NCBI GenBank assembly: GCA_964016885.1
Contig: OZ024741.1
Location: 332,134,001 to 332,198,000 of the forward strand
Origin: Eledone cirrhosa
Lineage: Eukaryota
Direction: 5' to 3'
Length of the DNA stretch: 64,000 nucleotides
In this document: positions 54,455 to 64,000 of the stretch, piece after piece
Layout of the letters: each line of letters begins with the position of its first letter
Numbering within the stretch: position 1 is the first letter of the stretch
The notes under the pieces: model-generated
What the model saw: the letters and a program-made list of their open reading frames with translations, nothing else
Databases searched by the model: none
What the model was told of the DNA's origin: nothing
Program-made: the position numbers and the translations under genes

Positions 54455-55170
54455 AATGAAAGAACCTCATAGAAAGCCTGCTAAATGAGCATAGGTGTGA
54501 GCTCTAAGAACAACAACATAAGACTGGAGCCGTTATCATTAAAAAACCTCTGCAAAGCAACTGTGTAAGAGGTCAGCTAAACACTATAGGTGTGAGCTGT
54601 AAATTTCGTTTGTCTTTTTGTAGCTTGCCAGATCTTGTGAAAATGAGCGATTTCTCTTCACTATCATATTTCTAATGAAATGCTGCCTGTCATTAAAGCA
54701 CACAAGAAACCTCCTATGAGAGACAACCCCATGTTGTCTCTGATAGGAGGTTCAATGTAACCTGCAGAGGTATAGGTGAGCTGTAATAACATAAGATAAG
54801 CATCCTTACAACAGGCAAGCTAAATCTACATAGGTCTATGTAACAACAATATGATTAAAACCCTTATGATTAAAACAAACAGTCAAGAAACTTCCTATGA
54901 GAAACAAATCCATAGGGAGCAACCTAAATCTACATAGGTGTGAGTTGTAACAACAATATGACCAGGACTCCTATGATTAAAACAGCCAAGAAACCTCCAA
55001 TGAGAAGCAAACAAATAGGGAGCTAGCTAAAGCAGCATAGGTGTGAGCTGTAACAACAATCTAACAATCTGATTAAGACCCCTATTATTATAACAGTCAA
55101 GAAACCTTCTATGAGAAGCAAATTAATAGGGAGCTAGCTAGCTAAACAATATGAGTGTGAACTGTAAATT
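54455..55170. repeat. Diverged ~90-120-bp tandem repeat
   Basis: Recurring cataggtgtgagctgtaacaacaat...attaaaac..caagaaacctcctatgagaagcaa. Confidence 0.75.
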
Positions 55171-56426
55171 TCATTTTATTATTATTTTTTTTTTTTAAAT
55201 TTAATTCCCTTTAATTTTTCCACATATTCTAATATTACTCCCCTACACATATTTTAATATGCAATGTAATTCTGTAATTCTGTCCAGCTAGCTCATCATG
55301 TAAATGAGATGTAGAGTGATATCTAATCATAATTATTCAAAAATGATAATAGTTTAAAATTATTTATTAATTAATTGATCATTAATTAATTCAAATAATC
55401 TTTTTTCAAAAATTATTCCTCTTCAGTTTATTTATTTATTTTTATTATTATTATTTTTTAAACTTTTTGTATTTTTTCATGCATCACAATTTAAAATGAA
55501 ATTAAAAAGAGAATAAAGAAAAAAAATCACAAAACACATACAAACACACATGCATAAAGATACACATAGGCACACGTGCAGACATACACATACACACATA
55601 AACACACACATGTACAAACATACACATACACACAAACACATGTATGAACATGCACATTGATACACATAAAAGTATATATAAACACATATACAAAACCATA
55701 CACATACATACAAACATACAGTTGCACATACACACACATACACACAAGCATTATACTAATGATAATTCCTTAATTGATGTTGCTTTGTATTTTTCTAAAT
55801 TCAAAACAATTTTAAAATAATTTAAAATATAAATGATGCTCGGTTGAGTGGTAGACTTTGGTGATGGAATAATTATAACAATATAATAAAATATAATAAC
55901 ATAATAATAATAATATAATATAATTTAATATAATATATATATAACATACCATAATATAATACAATATATTGTAATATAATATAAAATAATATAATATAAC
56001 ATATTGTAATATAACATGATATATAATATAACATAATATAATATAATATATGGTGTAGTATCTAATATCTAATATAATATAGTATATAATATAGCATATA
56101 ATATATAATAATAATTGTTTCTACTTTTGGCACAAGGCCAGCAAATACCCAGTACATTACTGGTACTTTATTTTATCGACCCCGTAAGGATGAAAGGCAA
56201 AGTTAACCTCGGCATAATATCATATCATATAATACTGTCAGAGTTTGAGAAAGATGGAACCAGAAAATGTGTTTTAGTTATTTATTTATTTTTGAGCGTG
56301 AGTCAGGCATGTTTGTGAGTGAAAGTGAAACGGAAGAGAATGCTATTTTAAACAAAGGAGGATATGGTAAAGAATAACAAGAGACACAAGAGAGACAACT
56401 TTTCAGCATGCACAACATAGAATAGC

Positions 56427-56491
<65 letters not shown>

Positions 56492-56877
56492 GAGTATAAT
56501 GCAAAATAACAAAAGAATAAAGGACATTTTTGACACACATGATACTTTCAATAAAATGATTAAATGTTTAAAGTAAAATAAATAAATAGTAGTGGTAGTA
56601 GTAGTAGTGGTGGTGGTAATAGTAGCTGTAAAATAAAAGAGGAAAAAAAAATACAAAGAACAAACCGTTTAACACCACACCACCAATGCTGATCTAGTAT
56701 TGCCAAAGCAGTTTTACCAATGTATGTGGATGTATGTACAAATACATTATATGTATATATATGCATGTATATATGTATATCTATGTATGTATGTTCATAT
56801 ATTATATGCATACACACTCATACACATAAATGCATATATATATACACACACAAATCTGCTCAATGCATATTCACATG

Positions 56878-56984
<107 letters not shown>

Positions 56985-57928
56985 TATATATATATAAATA
57001 TATATATATAATTTGTATATATGTGTATGAGAGAGAGAGAGAGAGAGCAAGAGAGGAAGAAAGAGATACATATATAAAGAAAAAAAGGAAAGAGGTGAGA
57101 GAGAAGGTGCAAGAGAAGGTGTGTGGTTGTAAGCGAAGGTGGGTGCATGGTTCCAATTAAATTTTCATTTACATAGCCAGTGTACATAAACGAGTAAAAA
57201 TGTTAAAATAATGTGAGTTTTCCATCAGAACAAGCAGAGAAATTGAAAAACACACTAAACAATTTCCTTTCTGTAAAAGCCTTTCAAAAACGAATGAGAA
57301 GAATATCCATCACGCTTTTAACTGTGTTGTTTTTCAACAATTATCATCATCATCATCAACATGAACATCATCATGAATATCATCATCATCATTATTAACC
57401 CTATCATCATCACCATCACCATCATCATCCTTATCATGCTTATTAAGCTCATCATCATCATCATCATCCTTATCATCCTCACCATTTTTTGTGTTTTCAA
57501 TGCCTGTATGGGTTGTCACATTCTGAGGCTAGACTGGTCACATGACCATATTTCCTTTGCTTGTACATTTCGACTTTTGCAGAGTTTCCATGGCTGGATG
57601 GATGCCCTTCTTAATGCCAACCATTTTACAGTATATATATATAGGGGAAATGTTATCAAGGTACTGGCATTATCAATTTATAGAGTGGACTTGATGCATT
57701 TCTATTGTGGCACCAGCACTACCACTACAGAGCGAACTGGGTGCATTTGATTATGACACCAGTACTACCACTATACAAGGTGAACTGAAGGTATTTCATT
57801 GTGGTACCCACACTACCACTTTATACAGTGGGTTGAGTGCATTTTATTGTGGAACCAACACTATCACTTTACAGAATGGACTTTGTACATATCATGAAAC
57901 CAGCACTACCACTGTACATGATGGGTTG

Positions 57929-59150
57929 GGTGCATTTAATTGTGACACCACCATTACCACCTTATGGTATTGACTGGGTGCTTTTTGGTGTGGCACCAAC
58001 ACCATCATTTTACAGAATGGTGCCAACAATATCACTTGATAGAGTGTACTAGGTGCATTTTATCATGGCACCAGCACTACATCATCATCACCTTTAATGT
58101 CTATTTTCCATGTATGCATGGGTTAGGCAGGTTGTCAGGTTATGAGGCCAACCAGGTTAGATGACAATGTCTTGCTTATACAGATCCGTTTCAGCTTGGA
58201 TTTCTAAAAAATAGATGCCCTTCCTAGAATTGTTGGTCTTTTGCCTGAGAAATAAAAGATGAAATAGAAATATAGAGAGTAAGAAGAGGAAGAAACGGAA
58301 AACAAATATTTGAGAGAAAGCATGGTTATTCCTTCATTACGTTTATTGGTTGGTGATGCGCATTTTGCTACTGATCAGCTCAAAGTTTGATCTGTATCAA
58401 TCTAGCCCGACTCTGGAATCAAAAGCTCGTCGGGCCTCTGTAGTACGATCTAGCCCAACGAGCTTTTGATTCCAGAGTCGGACTAGATTGATACAGATCG
58501 AACTTGAGCTGATCAGTAGCGAAATGCGCATCACCAACCAATAAACGTAATGAAGGAATAACCATTCATCCTTGTATTATTATGGCTAACTTAATAGATA
58601 CATGCTTTCTCTCAAATATTTGTTTTCCGTTCCTTCCTCTTCTTACTCTCTATCTTTCTATTTCATCTTTTATTTCTCAGGCAAAAGACCAACAATTCTA
58701 GGAAGGGCATCTATTTTTAGAAATCCAAGCTGAAACGGATCTGTATAAGCAAGACATTGTCATCTAACCTGGTTGGCCTCATAACCTGACAACCTGCCTA
58801 ACCCATGCATACATGGAAAATAGACATTAAAGGTGATGATGATGTAGTGCTGGTGCCATGATAAAATGCACCTAGTACACTCTATCAAGTGATATTGTTG
58901 GCACCATTCTGTAAAATGGTAGTGTTGGTGCCACACCAAAAAGCACCCAGTCAATACCATAAGGTGGTAATGGTGGTGTCACAATGAAATGCACCAATAA
59001 ACGTAATGAAGGAATCATCATTCATCCTTGTATTATTATATTACACTCTGTCTAGCTCCACACCTTGATACTGATGTGAACCTAAACATCGAGTGCTCAC
59101 CTGGGTGAACCTGCAATAACTGCACGTTACACTCCCTGGATATATATAGA
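57929..59150. other. Complex ~1.07-kb fold-back: flank A, inverted pLTR, pLTR, inverted A, pLTR end and tail
   Basis: A 57929-58324 vs 58601-58995; inner arms 58322-58435 vs 58453-58565; ccaataaacgtaatgaaggaat repeated at 58538 and 58994. Confidence 0.8.
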
Positions 59151-59164
59151 TATATATATAAATC

Positions 59165-60580
59165 AGGTAATACAGGATAGAGTCATAATCAATGACTGGT
59201 GTAGCAGTACAATCATAAATTGCTACAAAGGCAAAGGTGATGCTCTAGAAAGGAATATCTATAGAGGAATAAAACTATTGCACGAGGTTATGAAAGTGAC
59301 CGAAAGAGTTATAGCAGAGCTAATTTGGGAAAGAGTCAAATTGGATGAGATGCATTTCAGTTTCATACCTGGGAAAAGTACTACAGGTGCCCTCTTCTTA
59401 GTGAGACAACTAAAAAAAGTAGTTCCAAGCCAAGAATAAGCCACTATGTTTAGCTTTTGTTGATCTAGAAAAGGCCTTTGACAGAGTACCTCAATCCATT
59501 ATCTGGTGCTCCTTAACCCTTTAACATTTACACTACTCTATATATACTATTATATTTTCATGGTAAAGGCTTTACCTTACATAATTATCTCACATAATAT
59601 AGAATCTACGAGATTTTGATATTATTTATTTTGAGAACAATATCTTAACATAAGTATGAGCAGCTAATTATGACCAGTTTGAACAGAAAGAGGTGAACAA
59701 ATTCTGTCTGGATATGGCTGGTTTAAATGCTAAAGGGTTAAGGAAATTAGGTGTAGAAGAATGGCTTGTGAGAGCAGTGCAAGCCATGTACAGAGAAGCT
59801 GTCAGTAAAATGAGAGTAGGAAGTGAATTTAGTAAGGAATTCAAGGTTCAGGTCGGAGTCTATCAGGGTTCAGTTCATAACCCACTGTTATTCCTCCTAG
59901 TTCTCCAGGAAGGGTAGACTTTGTATGTAGAGGATGCACAGGAGTAATCGAAGGAAAGAGGGTCAGTGATATAAACCTTTTCCAATCACATGAAGGACCC
60001 ATAGAAGTGGTTGATAGCTTCTGCTATCTAGGGGACCTAATTAGCAGTGGAGAAGGGTGTTCTAAAAGCATAATTGTTAGAATAAGGATAGGATGAAAGA
60101 ATTTTAGAGAGTTACTCCCACTGTTGACAACAAAAGGTTTATCCCTACATAGAAAAGGACAACTGTATGATGGCTGTGTGTGAAGTGTGATTCTGCATAG
60201 TAATGAAAGATGGGCAGAGGACATGCACAGGCTGGAGAGAAAGGAAGCAGCTATTGGATATGCAATGTAGATGTGAGAAAGGCAGAGCTTGGATGAACTG
60301 AGGGGGAAACTGAGTTTAGAGGAATCATAAGTGGTGTGTAAGAGAGAAGACTGCTTTATATGGACATATGATGTGCATAGATGATGATTGCTGGGTGAAG
60401 AAGTGCCAGGAAATCCGAGTGGAAGGAAGCCGCAGTAGAGGTAAACCGAGGAAGACCTGGGCAGAGGTGGTGAGATTCACGATGACAAAATAACACAGCG
60501 TGTGGAGAGATGCTGTGCTGAAAAGGACTCATCCAATCCATGCAAGCATGGAAAAACAAATGTAAAAACGATGATCATGA
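59165..60580 (+). mobile_element. Old degraded RTE LINE
   Basis: [47 protein letters not shown] remnants; gatgat tail. Confidence 0.85.
59517..59737. mobile_element. piggyBac-type MITE inserted in the RTE
   Basis: TIRs CCCTTTAACATTTA / TAAATGCTAAAGGG; TTAA at 59513-59516 and 59738-59741; removal restores IWCSLRKLG. Confidence 0.85.
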
Positions 60581-62229
60581 TAGTGTACTGATTGTATAGA
60601 TGGTGCATGGCCAAATAATTAGGTCCCAGGTTCAATCCCACTGCATGGTATCTTGGGTAAGTGTCATTTACCATAGTCTAGAATTGGCCTATGCTTTGTG
60701 AGGGAAATTGGATAGACAAAACAGTTTGGAAGCCCCCGTTGTCTGTAATATATGGGGCCTGCTGAATCTTCCTGGGGATTCTTCAGCCTTGTCAAAGATA
60801 TGGTAACTTCCCTAGTGTAATGCCATGATAAAATGCACTTAGTAGAGCACATGAATACTTGTCAGGTCCCCAGTCCACTTAGACATCAAAGAAAACGGAT
60901 GTTAAATGATGATGATGCTAATAAATACATATATACACATACACACACATAATATACACAATCCATACACACACATATATACACACGCATGCATGCACAC
61001 ACACATATACACACACACACATACTTGCGCGTGCACACACACACACACACACACATGCATATATCTATATCACTCAGAAGCCTGACATAAAGGGGAACTG
61101 ATTCAAACTTAAATACCTACCTGTAGTTTGATAAATGCTCTATCTGCATCACAACTAAATGTCTATTCCATCATTACAATATTTTCAGACAGATTAAATC
61201 TAACGTATGTATATATAAAGCAACCATGTCTACTCTCTCTTATATCTCTCTCCCTCCCTATCCCAATCTCTCCCTTTGAATGCACAATATTAAATGCATG
61301 ATGCTGCACAATTCCTTGCAATTTAAGACATGGCATTTTATCATTATGGAGGATTTACTGAAATCTAAATGGAAAATTACCAAACTGTACAAAATTTGAT
61401 TTCTCTGTCTGTTTATCTCCAGTCAAAATATCTGTAGGTTATAGATTTACTTCTGTTTTATTGATCTGATAATAAAACACACAAAATATGTTATGGCAGT
61501 TTCAATCATTAATGGTAATCTATAGTCTATAATCTGTGCATATACAGTTAAGTTACTTCATAGTAGACTGTCATGGCGGAGCACAGCAAATCTCTTTAGA
61601 TAATAATAATAATAATAGTCTATACTATGGCTTTCTTTATACTACATCTATCTACCTCACAACTTCTCCTCTCACTTTAATACTTCTCATTCTCACTGTC
61701 TGAGTCTGTCTCCCACTTGCTATCTCCCACACATTCCCTCTCTCTCTCTCTCTCTCTCTCATTCCCACTTTCTACTTCCCACACAATCCCACTCTCTCCC
61801 CTCAGTCTCCTACTGTCTTTATTTCCCACTTTCCACCTCCTACTCTCACTTTCATTTTCTACCTCTCAATCACTCTTTCTCATGCAACCTCCCACACGCT
61901 CCTACTCTCTCCTTCCAGTTTCTACCTCCCACTCACTCTCTTTTCCACACTACCTCCAGTTCACTCTCACTACACTACACTCCACATCTCAAAAATGGAC
62001 TTCCAGTGTAAGAGATCTCCATAGAAAGACTCATGGTGCAATTATTTACATAAAAACCCCACTGTACCATCTTTATTGTCGTTTTAATGTAAGTCCTGTG
62101 TTTAACTATATACCTTGTGGTATTTGTTCTGGTTCTTTACATCCTGAGTTCAAATTCTCCCTATCCCTCGATCAATTTTCTGGCTTCTGGGGCAGGGAAA
62201 GCAAAGACAATTTAGTATTCTCATCAACC

Positions 62230-62640
62230 TTTACCTATGGTCATGAACCTTGGGTAATGACTGAAAGAATACAATTGCAGATACAAGTGGCTAAAATGGG
62301 GTTTCTCCAGAGTCTTTAGAGTAAGCATTACTCAATAGAGTGCATAACTCAGAGATGAAAGAGTTGATCCAGGTAGAGCCACCACTTCACCGAATTGAGA
62401 TATCATGGCTCCAATATTATGGACATGCGGTAAGAATGTCTCAGGAAAGAATCACTGGAGAGATTTCACAGACAAAACCAACTGGCAGGGCCCCCAGGGT
62501 TAGATCCTGAGAAATATGATTCGATAACATCCATGAACTAGGTTGGTCTTGCTTGGGGGTACAGCCAGATTAATTAAAGATGGTAGCTTCTGACAAGACC
62601 CACTTGAAGGAGTGTTTGAGGGCTCTGCCTCCACAACTTT
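62230..62640 (+). mobile_element. Degraded RTE-like LINE C-terminal fragment
   Basis: TYGHEPWVMTERI..QIQVA.MGFL, then L.YYGH.VRM remnants. Confidence 0.6.
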
Positions 62641-62706
62641 TCCAGGAATAAGTGGCAAAAGAAGAATATTTTTATTAAGTAATGTTTCAAACATCAGAAT
62701 CACTTT

Positions 62707-62867
62707 TAACATCCAGTACCACATGAAACCGTTAACATCCAGTACCACATGAAACTGTTAACATCCAATACCACATGAAATCGTTAACATCTAGTATCAC
62801 ATGAAACTGTTAACATCCAATACCAGATGAAACTGTTAATATCTAGTACCACATGAAACCATTAACA
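62707..62867. repeat. 26-bp minisatellite x6
   Basis: ttaacatccagtaccacatgaaac(c/t)g. Confidence 0.9.
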
Positions 62868-64000
62868 AGAGTGTCTTGAAAAGTACAAAACTGTACACTG
62901 ACTGTATCTTATTACTTTAAAACTGCAAATTTTCACATCAATATGTCAATTAGTAAAGATATTATAAATATTGAATGAACAAACCTGTTTTCAGATATTC
63001 ACATTTTCTGCTAAATCATTACAAGACATTAAGAGTTAATAAGGAAAAAGTTATATCATCATCATCATTTAACATCCACTTTCCCTGCTAGCATGAGTTA
63101 GATGTGTCTACATAGACCAAGTCAGTACTGAAGCAGGGCTACTGACCTGCCAAACAGGATGAGGGGTCTGCATCGCATGTATGGTCATGTTCTATCAAGT
63201 ACAGAGGAAAAGTTTGTTCTTTTGACACAAACTGAAGGATCCTCCTAACCACTTGCTTGGCAAGATTTCTACAACTGAATACCCTTCTTAACACCAACCA
63301 GTTTACAGCGTGTACTGGGTGCTTTTGTTGAGTATATCACCAACACTAAGTGTCATGTCCTTGACATAACTAAAGGATCCTTTTGTTTGGTAAGATTTCT
63401 GCAGCTGGATGCCCTTCATAACACCAATCACTTTACAGCATATACTAGGTGCTTTTATTATGCAAATAACCAGCACTAGAGAAGTTGTCATGTTTTTTAC
63501 ATGACTGAAGGGTCCTCCCATCCCTCTGGGTGGCAAGTTTTCTATGGCCTGATACCCTTCCTAACACCAACCACTTTACAACATGTGCTGGGTGCTTTTA
63601 TTGATTATTTGTAAATCTAATTAAAAGACATTGGCAGTGTATTTCCTAAAAAAGATAGTAATGGAATAGTTTTGTGCAATGCAATCACACTGCAATTATG
63701 TAATATAACACAGCAAAGGCAATTCATTTTTATGCAGCCAAACAAATAGCTTCTACACAATTTGTAAGAAATAGTTTTGAAATATACTTTAAATAATACT
63801 GAATCACTTTAAAATAAAAGACATATTTGTTAATGTATAACATAATATATAAAATGGTGAGTCGCGAGCTGGAAGACTGACAATGACAATGACGACAACA
63901 ACAATGGCAACAATGACAATGATGACAACTGCTGCAACAACAACAACAACAACCACAGCAACAACAACATCAACAGCAACAATGACAAGAACAAAAACAG

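Noticed and set aside
62707-62867. CRISPR-like array (also 54455-55170)
   Set aside because: Contiguous repeats without unique spacers, no cas genes, eukaryotic context

Overview
Eukaryotic, repeat-dominated DNA with no recognisable host gene. The SINE and RTE families and the (TA)n-rich background suggest an octopod cephalopod (inference). Contents: RTE LINEs, tRNA-headed SINEs sharing the RTE 3' tail, a decayed Ty3/Gypsy internal region, a Merlin (IS1016/ISXO2-like) transposase, an L1/Tx1 fragment, a piggyBac-type MITE, a ~900-bp satellite with a 3-mer higher-order repeat, telomere-like hexamer arrays, and many Penelope-like element (PLE) derivatives. Two structures stand out. (1) A 28,858-bp interval (8866-37723) is bounded by Merlin-type TIRs and a perfect 8-bp direct duplication AAAACAAG; the matching empty target site survives in a sister repeat at 4370-4410, so this looks like a giant or compound Merlin element nested in one arm of another inverted-repeat element. 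(2) About 20 type I hammerhead ribozyme motifs from about 11 unrelated sequence families occur, mostly in head-to-head fold-backs beside (TA)n tracts. Arms run from 40 bp to an apparently perfect 2 x 2320-bp palindrome of a PLE RT/GIY-YIG ORF, with some tandem retrozyme-like arrays and one case that also copied ~400 bp of flanking DNA. All coordinates and base-pairings were read by eye; no searches or folding programs were run.
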